Positions 1 through 12,953 of a stretch of 64,000 nucleotides of DNA are shown piece by piece. The DNA comes from Rhynchopus sp. YZ270_cl-10 (Eukaryota): contig OZ037835.1 of NCBI GenBank assembly GCA_964035575.1, forward strand, positions 1,426,001 through 1,490,000. The letters run 5' to 3'. The notes under the pieces are model-generated. The model was not told the origin of the DNA. It ran no database searches and saw only the letters and a list, made by a program, of their open reading frames with translations. Numbering within the stretch: position 1 is the stretch's first letter; each line of letters begins with the position of its first letter. Position numbers and translations under genes: made by a program.

Positions 1-1711
1 TGACCAAAGTTCAGGGGGAAAAAAATCAGGTGGGTTTTGTTTTGTGAAAACGTAGTGTGGAGCTCACTTTTTTTTTTACCTCAAATTTTTCTAGATTTTT
101 GTTGTATATTAATATAGGCGTAGGGTTGGAGAAGGTGATGCCAAAAGAGAGAGGGAGGAGGAGAGTGCTTTGATTATGATACATGCAATGCTAAATAAAT
201 TGAACACCGTGCCCCCTACTCCCTTCCTTTTTTCCTATTCTGGGGCGGGTTGGAGTAGAGCCACATTTCACCGACAGGTCGAGGTGTGTACGTTTCACCA
301 TAACCTCCCTTTTTGGGTTGGAGAAGGTGATGCCAAAAGAGAGAGGGAGGAGGAGAGTGATTTGATTCTCTAAAAAATCATCTAAAAAAGAGTATAGTGG
401 AGCACACTCTAGGGTGGCTCCACTAATACAACCAAGTTTTCAAAAAAAGGCAAACAGGTCTTACTCATCTATACCAACTGTCTTTCTCCCTGCCTCTTTT
501 TTTATTTCTGTATCACGTTTTTTTCCATCCCTCCCCTCCCGGGTTTACGGAGTTTGCAGATGACAGCGAGCAACCCCCTAAACTGATTTGGACCCCCTCC
601 TTTTATTTCAAATCAAAATTTTGTTCTCCCCTCTCCCTCCCCCCCTCCTCCCCTTCCCATCCTCCCCCTTTTCCTTTGTTTTGTAAGATCCCCCTCCGCT
701 CCCACAAAAATCACAGTGGTACGATAAGCCTATGTGTTTGTTGGCTTTATTGTTGTACCCTTTGAAGAACAGAAGTATGGCTCAAGCTATACAAGCGATG
801 CCGGAACGTTAACGCAAGCGTATGACGTGGGTTGTGCACCAACTAAGCAAAAGAGAAACGAGGTTTTTACTATTTATACAAGAAAATCCTCAGTCCGGAA
901 CGGCAGCGGGGAAAAGTACATATCCCGCAGAGCAGGCTCACAACGTGAGGGGCTTAAGTTCATATTACAACCGTTTTTTTTTGTAAAGGTAGCTCAGCAT
1001 GTGACGGTGTAGGTTCATATTGTATACTGTGATTCTTTTGTTTGAAGAAGGAAATGTTTTTGATCCCTATACTGTGCTTTTCAATTCTACCATTTTTTTT
1101 TTATTGAATGGATACATAGATATGGGTCGATTTCAAAACCCCCCCCCCCAAAAGTTCTTTTTTGTCTTTTTCATGATATAGGCAGTTTTTTTGCAGTCTG
1201 AGGTCCGGAACCGCCCCAAAAACGATTTTCTGGGAGGTTTTGGGAGGTTTTGGGGCGAAATGGACCTTTTTTGACCATTTTTATGGTATTTTTAGGCTGT
1301 TTTTGGCCCTTCTTCTTACACAGCCTATTGGGGGTCAAAATAGCTATTTTTGACCAAAAAACATCAAATAAGCACCAAGAAAAGTGCCAAATGTGCCCAA
1401 AACAGGTCGGATTGGGCTCACAGCCCATTTTTGGGATATATTTGGGCCAACGGAGGCCTCCTGGCGTCAAATAAATTGTGTTTTTTGGTCAAAAATAGCT
1501 ATTTTGACCCCCAATAGGCTGTGTAAGAAGAAGGGCCAAAAACAGCCTAAAAATACCATAAAAATGGTCAAAAAAGGTCCATTTCGCCCCAAAACCTCCC
1601 AAAACCTCCCAGAAAATCGTTTTTGGGGCGGTTCCGGACCTCAGACTGCAAAAAAACTGCCTATATCATGAAAAAGACAAAAAAGAACTTTTGGGGGGGG
1701 GGGGGGGGGTA

Positions 1712-4030
1712 GGGGAGGGTCACTGCACGGCGGGGTCCGCACACCCCGAGGGTCCGTAAAACGGCATGTTAGGACACTCCCTCTTTACGGAGTGTCATTA
1801 CGTACCCTAGGGTACGTAATTACGGACCCTAGGGTACGTAATTACGTACCCTAGGGTCCGTAATTACGGACCCTAGGGTACGTAATTACGGAGCCTCCCA
1901 GGGAAAGGGACTCTCGAAAATTTTTTTTTGCCCCCGTTTAGGGCTAATTTGGACGATTTGAGGCCATTAAAAGCAAAATTTGGCACTTTTGAGCATCTGT
2001 GGGGGTCTAAAACGCAGTTTAGAGTACCACAATTTTTAGTGGGTTTTACCGAAAACAAGTCAATTTTTGGGCCGAAAAAAAAATTTTTTTGACATCACAA
2101 AATTGCCCTTGGTGGGCCTATGTGTCCTCAATGCTGGGCGAAAAATGCAAATATAGCTATTTTTAACTTTCACACACAATTTTAACGGGTTTTACCTGTG
2201 TACCTGTGTATCTGTGTACCTGTGTACAGGATATTTGTTGTGAAAGACATCTTCCACCATGCATTGAGGAGGGTAAGACAGTGGTCGCAGTTTGTACTTG
2301 ATAGCATTACAACATTTAACTTCTCCACGGGGGTCTTGGGCCGTTCACTCGGTTATACCTTGACCAGCGGAAGATATTCTTGAGGCCTTTTTGGTCTCTA
2401 GAATATCCGGTATTCCCGAACGGAGGCACACTTTGTGTGTTACTACGACCTGGCAATTTCCAGCAGTAGGTTAAGTAATCTTTCTTGTAAATTGTTGGAT
2501 CATTATCTCCTCAGTGCATGGTGGAAGACGTCTTTGACAACTAACCGAGCTCACGACTTTTTTCGGTATGTAACTTGGGATAGGCCCACATGATCATGGT
2601 CTATCATGTGGTACCTGTGTACCACTCGGTTTGCTCCCAGGGCTTTTCGACCAGCAGTCACACATCCAAACAGTGATTTCCCACCTTAGACCACGTAATT
2701 ACGTACCCTAGGGTCCGTAATTACGGACCCTAGGGTACGTAATTACGGACCCTAGGGTCCGTAATTACGGACCCGGGTCCGCACTTGAGGGTCCGTAAAG
2801 AGGGTCCGTAAAATTTACGGACCCTCGGGTGTGTGGACCCCGCCGTGTGTACTCGATAAATGCGATTTTTCCGATTTTGATCCTCAGAACCGCAGAAGTC
2901 CCCGAAAACTATACCAAACCACCTAGGGGACCCAAAAAACGCACCAGCGACCCAGTTTTGACACAGAAATACTCAGATGATGCCTGAAATGCAATTTTAA
3001 AAAAATGCCTACAGAACTTGTACCTGCCCACCCCCGTAGATAGAGCAAATCACACATTCATCGCGCCTCAGTGTGGGCCAGGGGCCAGAAAAGCCCCCAA
3101 AGCCACATATTTTCACCCCAGAACCTATCCCGAGGGGTACCCAGGCTGTTTCGGGGTGTTTAGAGGGACTTGGTGGAACTTAGAACTATGTTTCAAAAAG
3201 TGTCACGCACCTGGTACCAAGGGTTTTCCCACCCTAAGGTATCTGAAGCCGTCAAAAAACGTGAAGTAGGCAATAAATCAAAAAATACCCCCTGAGGTCA
3301 AAAAAACCACACCATAGGCCCATTTGGACCCCAAAAATCGAATTCCGCCCGGTTTTGGGCACTTTTGACCACTTCTGAGCGACTTTTTTGCATTTTTTAA
3401 AAGTGACCACCAACTTGTACCTTGCCCACCCCCCCTGTAGATAGAGCAACTCACGCATCCATCACGCCTCAGTGTGGGCCAGGGGCCAGAAAAGCCCCCA
3501 AAGCCACATATTTTCACCCCAGAACCTATCCCGAGGGGTACCCAGGCTGTTTCGGGGTGTTTAGAGGGACTTGGTGGAACTTAGAACCATGTTTCAAAAA
3601 GGGTACAAGTACTTGGTCCCTTGAGAGGGCAAACCCTTGGCACAGTACTTGTACCCTTTTTGAAACATGGTTCTAAGTTCCACCAAGTCCCTCTAAACAC
3701 CCCGAAACAGCCTGGGTACCCCTCGGGATAGGTTCTGGGGTGAAAATATGTGGCTTTGGGGACTTTTCTGGCCCCTGGCCCACACTGAGGCGTGATGGAT
3801 GCGTGAGTTGCTCTATCTACGGGGGTGGGCAGGTACAAGTTCTGTAGGCACTCTTTTAAAATTGCATTTCAGGCATCATCTGAGTGTTTCTGTGTCAAAA
3901 CTGGGTCGCTGGTGCGTTTTTTGGGTCCCCTAGGTGGTTTGGTATAGTTTTCGGGGACTTCTGCGGTTCTGAGGATCAAAATCGGAAAAATCGCATTTAT
4001 CGAGAGATTTAACGTGCAGTGACCCTCCCC
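1712..4030. mobile_element. Foldback element B inserted at TA inside a poly-G tract
   Basis: Termini ggggagggtcactgcacg ... cgtgcagtgaccctcccc with TA on both sides (1710-1711, 4031-4032). Arms ~2852-3200 and ~3655-4005 are inverted, and ~3415-3600 is an internal duplication. Confidence 0.8.
1726..2847. mobile_element. CACGG-terminated MITE with palindromic 22-bp subterminal repeats
   Basis: TIR cacggcggggtcc(g/a)cacaccc..gagggtccgtaaa at both ends. Tandem taattacgKaccctagggtMcg units at ~1797-1890 and ~2695-2770. No clean TSD visible. Confidence 0.75.
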
Positions 4031-4684
4031 TAGGGGGGGGGGGGGGGGGGGTTTTGAAATCGACCCATATGGTACAATACTTCCTTTGTTCTTGGGACAA
4101 AGTGCGCAACACATACGCAATATGGGGTCGTCAGGAGCACCCAATATATACTTCTTTTTGTTCCCTCTTATCCCCCAGCCCCCCCCCCTTCTTCCCCGTT
4201 TCCCATTGTGATTTGCAACGTTTTGTTCCCCTACCCCCTTCCTTCTTTATTTATGTGAATTAGACACTCCCTCCCTCTCCTCTCTCCCCCTCACCAAAAA
4301 AACTCACGAAAAAAAAAATTGTCGAAACCCCCCATTTTTATATGTGCGATGCGACGTCGTGGAGCATTTGCAGCCAAAAATGGTGTGATTCAGGGGGGTA
4401 CGGAGAACCCACGGGAGAACTGTTTCGGGCTGGTTTAAGATTTCCTTCGGGGCATATTGCAGAGCACCTTCGGGGGGAACCACGGAGAATCCGTTTGGTG
4501 ATCACACCACAAAGTCGTTCTTCTCCTTCACAGAGTATTGCTCGGTTGTTCGCTTGCACAACCCCATTTTTCATCACCTCAACACACACACACACACACC
4601 CTCTAACACAGAAGACAGAAAAAAAATTACCCAAAAAAAACCACCTCTCTCTTTTCTGCTAGATTTGGAGCATTTTTGCACAAT

Positions 4685-7600
4685 ATGGAGCCGTCCAACT
4701 CCTCCTCACGTCCTCTTATGCTTGGGACTCCTACTCGGCGTGCCAGCCCTTGGAGACGTGATGGTGATTCGACCACTGCTGCTTCAGTGACGCCGTCTCA
4801 CCACCCCCCCAGCGCGGTCTCCTCCTCCACCCACCAGGAACGCAAACACGTTAGTCCACGCCGCCTGCCCCGCGCCGCCCCGCTGTGGGAGCTTGCCGGG
4901 CAGGACCCTCCGAGGGCGAGCAGTTTGAAAAAAAGTGTGAGTGTCAATGCCCATCACCCCCCCTCCGCGCTCCCACCTCAAACCCCGGACCGACACACCG
5001 AGAAAATGCTGTCCGAGATGGAGGAGAGGCTACAGGGAAAGTTCTTTGGGACGGTTCAGACGTTACAAGCTGAGGTCTTGACACTACAGACTAGAGTAGA
5101 CCAATACGAGCATGAGGCACGTAGGAAGGAGAACACCCCAGCTTTGGTGGAAAGCGCGGTGCTTGATGCCTTGGCGTTGTATGCCGACAATGGGGCTTCT
5201 GCGTTGGCAAGGCTTTCCGAGGAATTGTCTGATACGGTGACAGAACCGCATACACACCAAGCGGTTTGCCAGACCCTCAAATCGTCTTTGTCTTCATTCA
5301 TTTCGGGGGTCGTGACAAAACAGATTCATGCCCTCTGGGAGGATCCTTCTACTGCATTGCCGCAAAGCCTGCACCGTCAGGTGTCTGATTTCCTTCGAAC
5401 AGCGCAGGACTCACAACGTGCCCTCCACGATGAAGTTCTCTCCTTAACAGAAACGCATCCGTTGGCTCCAAGGGTGGCCGCGATGGAGTCTCAATTGAGC
5501 AGAACGCAACACCACATCGCAGGAAAACCGTTTATCGAAACCGAAGAATATCTTGCCTTAAAAAAGGCGACTGAAGGAGGGATTCCTGCAATCGAAGCGT
5601 TTAAGGAAGAGGCATGGGGGCATATCAATGAGACAGAGGAGATGTTGACGAATGTTGTGTCAGAAATGCGGGGGGAGCTTCAGGCATTTGCGTCGGAACA
5701 ACAGAAGAGAAATATCATTGAAAACAGGCTTGAAGTCGAGGAGGCTCCAAACGCCCATTTGGCGAGAGTGGAACGCTGTGAAGCTGGGGTTGCGAAGGTG
5801 AAGGACGACTTCCGCATCTTGAAGAATGACCTCCAGGAGCAACTTCGTCAAGGAGACACCGCTGCCTCGCGTACAATGAATGATGCGGTGACCAAAACAA
5901 GGAATGATGTTATGGAAATCCTTGCCGCACTTCGTCAGGACAGCATCTCCAAAAAAGAATTTGCCTCAGAGAAGAAACGTTTGGCGGATATGGTCGATTC
6001 GATCTCCGACACAATCGAAGATTCTGAAGGCCGCGCAATTGATGCTGCAATCGAGATTGTTGAGTCTTCTAAATCAGCTACTGCAACGCGTCTTACTCAA
6101 ATTGAAGAGGATATCCATCAGATCCAAACTGCTGCAACAGATATAGTGTACGTCAAAGCTGCAGTCGATGCGTTGAACAACGACATAACCGCAAGGATTG
6201 CGATTGTTGAGGAAGGTGTCAGTCGGAGAGACGGCATCGAACGGACCCAACGCAAAACCGAACAGCGTCTGAAAGATATCGATGACAAGCTTGCCTCAAA
6301 TGACAAACGGTTTGTCCACACCCATCAGCTTGACCAGCGTGAGCAAGGTCTTCGCGCGTCGCTTCTCGAATTAGAAGATAAGGTGGCCGCAAACACCGCT
6401 AACGGGACCACGATGAAGCATCAACGTGAACGCGACCTTGAAAAACTCAAAAAAAATGCGCAGAGCGGTGCCTCATCCTCCCCTGCTGAAAAAGCGGAGA
6501 TCGACCGGATCCGCCAGCAGGTAGATGAAATCACCCACACCATCCTTCCGGGCAAGCAGGATAGCTCCTCAGCGTTGCTCTTCGAAACAGACCTGAAAGA
6601 TCTGAAACGCCGTTTTGCGGAGAAATCTGCACAGGATTCTGTTCAAATTGGAGATCTCCTCGGAGACGTTCAACGCCTATCTGAAGAAAAAATTGATGGA
6701 AATTATGCAGCAAGCTTGATCCATCCCATTGAAGGGGACGTTAAAGACATTAAAAGACGATTTGCAGAGAAAACTGCGCAAGATAGCGCAAAAATCCAGG
6801 AAATTTCTGCCGAAGTAGGATCGCTTCAGGTCGGGAAGGTGGACGTTGAGGACTACTCTCGGGTGACCACAGCGTTGGAAGGGGAGGTGCGGGATCTTCG
6901 CAAAAGGCAGGTCGAGAAGGGGTCGGCAGATTCCGCAAAAATCGCGGAAGTTATCTCCGATCTGCAACGCATTGCTGGGACAGCTGAAAGCCTTGAAACC
7001 AGAGTCATCCCTCTCGAAGCAGACCTCCTTGCCACCCGCCGTACCGCAGAACAAAAAAGCGCAGATCTTCAATCGATGCAAGCTGATCTCTCTCGCGTCA
7101 TCTCTCAGCAAGCCAACGCTGAAGAAGCCTTTGAACGATTCCTCGAAAATCCTCCGACTAGTGACCCAACCGAGCTCAGAGAACAACTGAAGGAGCTTTC
7201 CGAGGAGATGGACCGGAAGGCGGACGGCATGCTCCTTGATGACCTAACTGAACAGGTCAACGCACTACCTCATGAGCTGGATACTAGAATTCGTGATTTA
7301 GGCCACACCGGTGTGTCTGATGAAACTTCAGATCAGATCAGCTCCCTGCACTCTGCGATCAGCACCCTAGGGGACGATCTGGCATCAGGCCTGGATGAGT
7401 CGCGTCGGAACTACGCAGACATGAAGAGCGACCTCACAGAAATTACACACACCCATAGTTCCATGAGAGACGAGCTTGCGGATTGCCACAGTAGGATCTA
7501 TACTCTAGATGGTTATGTGCGGGAGCTTGCGTCGTCACGCGATGGTGGGGTGGAGGAGCTGCGGACCCGCCTGCAGCAGCTCACCGAAACTGTTGATGAT

Positions 7601-7819
7601 GAAATTAAAAAGCTTCGCAGGCTCGTCGACCGGGCCATTATTGCGCTGGACATCCAAGGCAATTCGCAGCCGGGCACTCCCATTGAGGACCTCCCGAACA
7701 CATCCTTTCCGAAGCCGTTTACAAGCAAAAAGCAGGTCATGTCAGCAGCGATCCGCGACCAGCTTGCGACGCGGCCTTCAGACAGACGGCCGTCAGGAGA
7801 GTCCTACTCCTCGAAGTAA
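4685..7819 (+). CDS. Long coiled-coil protein (~1044 aa) with disordered Ser/Pro-rich N-terminus; possibly cytoskeletal
   Basis: Uninterrupted ORF rich in E/L/K/Q/A heptads, with internal repeats (DLKDLKRRFAEKSAQDS, DVKDIKRRFAEKTAQDS, EVRDLRKRQVEKGSADS). A polypyrimidine tract + AG at 4645-4662 lies just upstream of the ATG at 4685. Confidence 0.85.
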   Translation: MEPSNSSSRPLMLGTPTRRASPWRRDGDSTTAASVTPSHHPPSAVSSSTHQERKHVSPRRLPRAAPLWELAGQDPPRASSLKKSVSVNAHHPPSALPPQTPDRHTEKMLSEMEERLQGKFFGTVQTLQAEVLTLQTRVDQYEHEARRKENTPALVESAVLDALALYADNGASALARLSEELSDTVTEPHTHQAVCQTLKSSLSSFISGVVTKQIHALWEDPSTALPQSLHRQVSDFLRTAQDSQRALHDEVLSLTETHPLAPRVAAMESQLSRTQHHIAGKPFIETEEYLALKKATEGGIPAIEAFKEEAWGHINETEEMLTNVVSEMRGELQAFASEQQKRNIIENRLEVEEAPNAHLARVERCEAGVAKVKDDFRILKNDLQEQLRQGDTAASRTMNDAVTKTRNDVMEILAALRQDSISKKEFASEKKRLADMVDSISDTIEDSEGRAIDAAIEIVESSKSATATRLTQIEEDIHQIQTAATDIVYVKAAVDALNNDITARIAIVEEGVSRRDGIERTQRKTEQRLKDIDDKLASNDKRFVHTHQLDQREQGLRASLLELEDKVAANTANGTTMKHQRERDLEKLKKNAQSGASSSPAEKAEIDRIRQQVDEITHTILPGKQDSSSALLFETDLKDLKRRFAEKSAQDSVQIGDLLGDVQRLSEEKIDGNYAASLIHPIEGDVKDIKRRFAEKTAQDSAKIQEISAEVGSLQVGKVDVEDYSRVTTALEGEVRDLRKRQVEKGSADSAKIAEVISDLQRIAGTAESLETRVIPLEADLLATRRTAEQKSADLQSMQADLSRVISQQANAEEAFERFLENPPTSDPTELREQLKELSEEMDRKADGMLLDDLTEQVNALPHELDTRIRDLGHTGVSDETSDQISSLHSAISTLGDDLASGLDESRRNYADMKSDLTEITHTHSSMRDELADCHSRIYTLDGYVRELASSRDGGVEELRTRLQQLTETVDDEIKKLRRLVDRAIIALDIQGNSQPGTPIEDLPNTSFPKPFTSKKQVMSAAIRDQLATRPSDRRPSGESYSSK

Positions 7820-8258
7820 CAGGGTTTGAGAGGGCATTTTGAGGGTGGGTCATATTGACCCCCCAAAAAAAAAAATTGTGTGTTTTGTTTGAAGCCGTTG
7901 TGAGTATTTCCTGCAGACACCGAAAGCCCTGCGGTGTCGGTGCCTGTGTACCAAAGGTGTTTGGCATTTTCAACTTCACTTTTTTTTTCTTCACTTTTTT
8001 CAGCGAAAGCGAACAAACAACCCTTTTCTTCCCTCTCCCCCGTTTATAGTTTTTTTTTTTGAGAAACAAACAGTACCAAGTCTCTCGAGCATTTTCTTCT
8101 GGGTACTTCTCCCGTTGATTTGCTCCCTCTAAAGGATCCTGTGAAGAAGAAAAAAAATCAGCTACTATCCAGTGATAGTAAGCCTATCATCAAACAAAAA
8201 AAATATTTCTAGGTATTTCCTTGCCGAATCTGCCTTAGGGTAGGTCGTGTGTTTTCTC

Positions 8259-8898
8259 CAGGGTATTAGGGTGGTTAAAAAAACTGGTTTTCAAAGCCAG
8301 TTTTTCCAAAAACTGGTTTTCAAAAAAAAAAAAAAAAAAACAGAGAAATCTGGAGGGGGAAAAAAAGCCGACACTTTTCACCAGGCCTTTCTGTAAATGT
8401 CGTCCCCAGATTAGGGCGGACTCGATTTTTCCCCCCGCATTTTTTCCCCGCCTGGTAGAACCGTGGTTGAACCACGGGAGTGCCTTTGGGAAATGGCTGT
8501 TCCTTGAATTTTTTTTGCCTGCGGCGCCATTTTTCATTTTTTGCTCCGTAAAAAAGGGTTCGTTTGAGTGGCTCTGTGGTGTAAAAAGCTAGATTTTTAC
8601 ACCGTACCCTCAAAAAATTTTCGCCTGCGGCGCCATTTTATATTATTTTTTTGCTCCGCAAAAAAAAAATGCAGTCCCTATGTTCCCAATGTCTACCCTG
8701 GGTCAGCAGCGCCGAAAAATATTTTGAAATCGGATTCCTGGATAAGACACTGACCCCACCCCCGAAAAACTCGAAAGGGGTGACTGTGTCCGTCAACGGT
8801 GGAGGTTTTCGCCAGAAACACTAGTTTTTGCCGCCCAGGAGAGAAAACCAGAAAAACCAGTTTTTTCCGGGATTTTGGATTTTCACCCTAATACCCTG
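8259..8898. mobile_element. hAT-type MITE
   Basis: Perfect 15-bp TIR cagggtattagggtg / caccctaataccctg and an 8-bp TSD gttttctc (8251-8258, 8899-8906). CAG termini plus an 8-bp TSD are typical of hAT. Confidence 0.9.
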
Positions 8899-10244
8899 GT
8901 TTTCTCCAAATATAAAAAAAATACAACTGTAACCATGTACCCCTTCCCCTTTTTTTTGGTGACTCAGTAACAAGGCTGGAGATCATCTTCATGTGTTTGT
9001 TTCTTTTTTTTGCTGTTTAGATTATGTATTGGGTGTGCATAAGAGGCACATTTATCGTTCAATTTTTTTTTCTCCTCTTTTTGTTGTGTTTCCCCTGTTA
9101 TTGTCCCACCCTCCCACCCTTCCCCTCGGTCCCTCCGTCCCTCCGTCCCTGCCCTTGCTTTTAGAAAAACAGGAAACAGAAAAAACCCCCTCGAGCCGGC
9201 TTGCTTTATATAAAGTGCCTTTGCCATTGCATTCTTATTATACCTGGTTCATTGACTGACGTGATAGCGGGAGTAGGACCTCTCATGGTATACAGGGTAA
9301 AGGAAGCAAGCTGACGGAGGGTGGACGTTGCGTTGCTATTTTGTATTGCTGTTGCGACACAATGATTTTTTTTTCCAAGTTTTCACAGTGGAGATTGCAC
9401 AACTGTGGCAACACAACCGGGACATCGACACTACTCCAACAATTTATCAAGAAAAATAAAGAGAAAATATAGTGGAGTTCATCCTCGGATGTCTACACTA
9501 ATACAACCAAGTTTTCAAAAAAACAAAAAAAAAAACAAAAAAAACACGCCTGACCAAACCTATCTCACGCGGGCCTAGCTAGCCTGGGCATCCAATGATC
9601 CCCGTTCGTTACCTAACGAGTGGAGGCGGGAGTAGGACGTAGTAGCGGTAATCCACGAAACGAAAGATAGGCGAGGAAAAGGCTGCGTGGAGTTCACACG
9701 AGAAAAAAGCGAGGTGTCCACAGGTCATCAATTTTTTCAAACAATATAAAAAAAGCAGTTACATATGCATTGAGATGTGAGTTGTGTCTTCATCGTTGTA
9801 GACCAACAACACGCCCATTTCCCTCTCTCCCCTACTGTCTTTTCAGTTTCCACAAAAGTCGCGTAAGCCAATAGAGATAGGAGATAGGACGTCTAGCATA
9901 TGCAGCAAAGTTTCATGTAATCTTGCTTGGCCTTATCCTTTGCAGTGTGACTGAGTGTGAGGGATGCGTTCAAGAATTAAACCCCCCAAACCCCCTTTTT
10001 CGTCTTTGTTTTCTTTATCCAAACGGCAAGTGGGTGCGTAATGATTTTGCAGTTACCATCAAACTAAAATGTCTTTTTCGGAAAAAAGGGGCAATGGAGA
10101 TTGCACAACTGTGGCAACACAAACCGAGGCAACTACACTACTCCAACAATTTATCAAAAAAAAAGCTAAAGCCAAAGCAATCCAGAGAGAACCAATCGTT
10201 TTTTTTCCCATTTTTTTTACCACTTTTTTCCCATTAACCCCTAC

Positions 10245-10731
10245 TGGTGCTTCCCGGGGGGTGTGCATTTCACAAATTTTCACAAAATGTGACAAGTTTT
10301 CACAAATTTTCACCACACGAAAACTGCTACAAAATTGTGAAGGCTGGCGAAAAGTGGTGAAAAGTTGTGAAAAAATGTGAAAAGTTGTGAATAGTTGTGA
10401 AAAGTTGTGAATTGATTTTTTTTTTGTGAGTGCTTTTTTTTTGGGCGGGTGGTGACCCACCCATTGAGGGGCACGCTGGGATTCACAAGATAGAACGTGA
10501 TGTGGTGTACCTGTGTACCTGTGTACTGTGTGATGTGCGGAAATGACGAGAACTTGTCCATTTCGGCAAATTGACCCCACCACTGGCCGGACGGATTCCG
10601 GAAATGCAAATGCCGGCGTTTAAAAGCTTCACCAACGAGAGAAAAAAGGGTAGTGAAAAGTTGTGAATAGTTGTGAAAAGTTGTGAATTGAATTGAAAAT
10701 TTGTGAAATGCATACCCCCCGGGAAGCACCA
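10245..10731. mobile_element. MITE with ~35-bp TIR and 5-bp TSD
   Basis: TIR tggtgcttcccggggggt(g/a)tgcatttcacaaatttt, TSD cctac (10240-10244, 10732-10736), and many ttgtgaaaag subterminal repeats. Confidence 0.85.
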
Positions 10732-10938
10732 CCTACTGTACTTAGATGTAAACCACGAAATGGATGTCGGACTGCATAGTCGGGTTTCAACTGGCACAGT
10801 CACGCACCAAGGCACTCAGTTCGCAACAGGGTTTTTGCACTTCAAATCAAAACTCTTTTTTGCCATTTGAAAATGTGAACCTTTCCTCCCTTCCCCGACC
10901 CCTTCCCCCTCACCAATTGTTCCAGCTGTCCCCAATTA

Positions 10939-11236
10939 CTGGGGGGGGGGCGAATAAGAGATCAGGGGTGAATAAGAGATCAGGGCCGAATAAGAGAGGT
11001 TGAGATTTTGGGGGTATTTTTTTTTTTTTTTTTTGCATGCAACAGGGTTTTATCTTGAATTTTTTTTTTGAAATTTTACCCTGTCTACCCGGTCTGGCAA
11101 AAAAGTGGTCAAAATATTTTTTTTGCCTCCGGCGAAAATGTCTTTTTGCTTTTTTTCCCCCAAAAAAATTTTTTTATTTCTGGCTCGTCCGTTCGCCTAA
11201 TAAGAGATGCCACATCTCTTATTCGCCCCCCCCCAG
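10939..11236. mobile_element. TA-flanked MITE (Tc1/mariner-like)
   Basis: TIR ct(G)ncgaataagagat / atctcttattcg(C)nag with TA on both sides. The aataagaga motif is repeated internally. Confidence 0.8.
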
Positions 11237-12953
11237 TAAGTTTTTTTCTTTTTTAGAGTTTCTTTTTTGCTGTATTTATTAGATATTTTATGCCCTTCAG
11301 GGTCCACACATGCAACGTTCATTTCCCCCCCTCAGCCCCCCTTGCAATATGACTAGAAACCAACAAAAGAGCAAGTCAACAATTGATCTCAGACAATAAA
11401 AAGCAAGCATTTTCGAAAAATTTCCTTTTTTTTTTTTTTTTTGCGTCAAACCAGAATTTGACACCTACCTTGGCTGGAGTTCAAGGAAACAAAGTCTGCG
11501 TTGTTTCTCTTTCTTGATCGTTCTTGTGTTGCATTGATGCATCCACAGAATTGTTTCATATTCTTTCTATTCCACTGAATAGAAGGTATATGGAGGTGCA
11601 CTAAATGTCGCCGGCCGACGAGAAAAAAAGTCTGCTTTGTGTTTCCTTCTTCTTGATCGTTCTTGCTTTGCATTGATGCATCCACACCAACTTGTCTGTG
11701 AGGTATATGAAGCTGGTATAGAGCACAAACATGACATTTTGAGCAACACACAAAAAAGAGTCTCTCGAGCATTTTGTAGAGGGAAAAAAAACCAGGCACT
11801 CCGCTAGGTACTAAAGTTCTGTTGATTGTCAACAGAACTTTTTGAAAATGGGGGGGGAAAAAAAAAAAAAAAAAGTTCTGCTGAGTGGTTCAGACCCGTT
11901 CTACCTGTCAAAAAAGCTCAGGAGAAGAAGATATGGAGAGGTGAGTGCTCAAACGTCCCAAAAAAGTCAAAATCGGGCGTTGGTAAAAAAAAAAGTTGCG
12001 TACCGTGCGCCTGCGGCGCAAGCATGTACCCCACCAACGTGGACCATCAACAGAATATTTTCAAAATCGGAAATCCTAGCGGAGAGCCTGAAAAAAACCC
12101 TGCAAAAAAAAAAAAAAAAAAAAGGTGACTGAAATGTACCGTTTTTTTGAACGTCCCTTGTGTGCTTTCTCTTCTTTGGATGGAAAGTACATGAAATTAG
12201 TGATTTTTTTTTACATTCATTTCTGTGCGGGTTATGGGTAGAAAGGGAAACGTATGACGTTCGGTAGCGTACCAACTAAAAAAAAAGACGAACGGGGGGG
12301 TTTCATTATATCTTTTACTTTTTCTTTTTTAAATTTAATGTTTGAATCTGACTCTGAGCTATTCAATGGTTTCGCCAGATGATGCCCACGAGAGAACGTT
12401 CTCTTTGTTAGGGCTGATGAGCCAGCTGAATGGGGGATGCGATAAGTGGTATAAAGTGCTATTTTGGGGTCGTCAGCCTTACCATATACTTTGTTGGTAA
12501 ATGAGTCCAAAAGGTTTTAAGCCTTTTTGTGTATCCCATCTAGGCATACTGTACAGATGAACGAATGTTTTGTTCACGGAAACAATGTTCGTCAATAAGA
12601 TATGTGTCGAGGAACATCGAGGAACCAACAGTATCACCTTTTTAAGTTCCTTCCCACATCGACAAACCAATGTTTCGTCTGCACAGTATGTCTAGCGGGG
12701 TGTAGCGTAGAAGGAAATCCTTTACTTCCTCTCGCGGGTATTTGCTGAATATTCATCGGGGAATATCCAGAGTTGCAAAGTTCTCTGTTGGTAACATCCA
12801 CATCTGGTCCGTCACATACCTGGACCGTACACACGGCATACGTATCATTGATACGTTCTGTAGCCTCTGTCTCTCGTCTTCGTGCTTTGTATGGTTCGTG
12901 CAATGTGCCCTGCTTCACACATCCTCTTACTACAGGTCACCCCTACCTTATCC

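Larger units (their letters stand above)
1124..4066. mobile_element. Non-autonomous foldback element A (long inverted arms), right arm interrupted by nested elements
   Basis: Termini gggtcgatttcaaaacc(C)n ... (G)nttttgaaatcgaccc, flanked on both sides by ATAT (1120-1123, 4067-4070). Arms ~1124-1360 and ~1480-1709 are near-perfect reverse complements. No coding capacity. Confidence 0.75.

Noticed and set aside
121..370. Short direct duplication (~55 bp); similar ones at 9390/10096, 11490/11627 and 49640/50050
   Set aside because: Ordinary local duplications or repeat fragments with no further structure.
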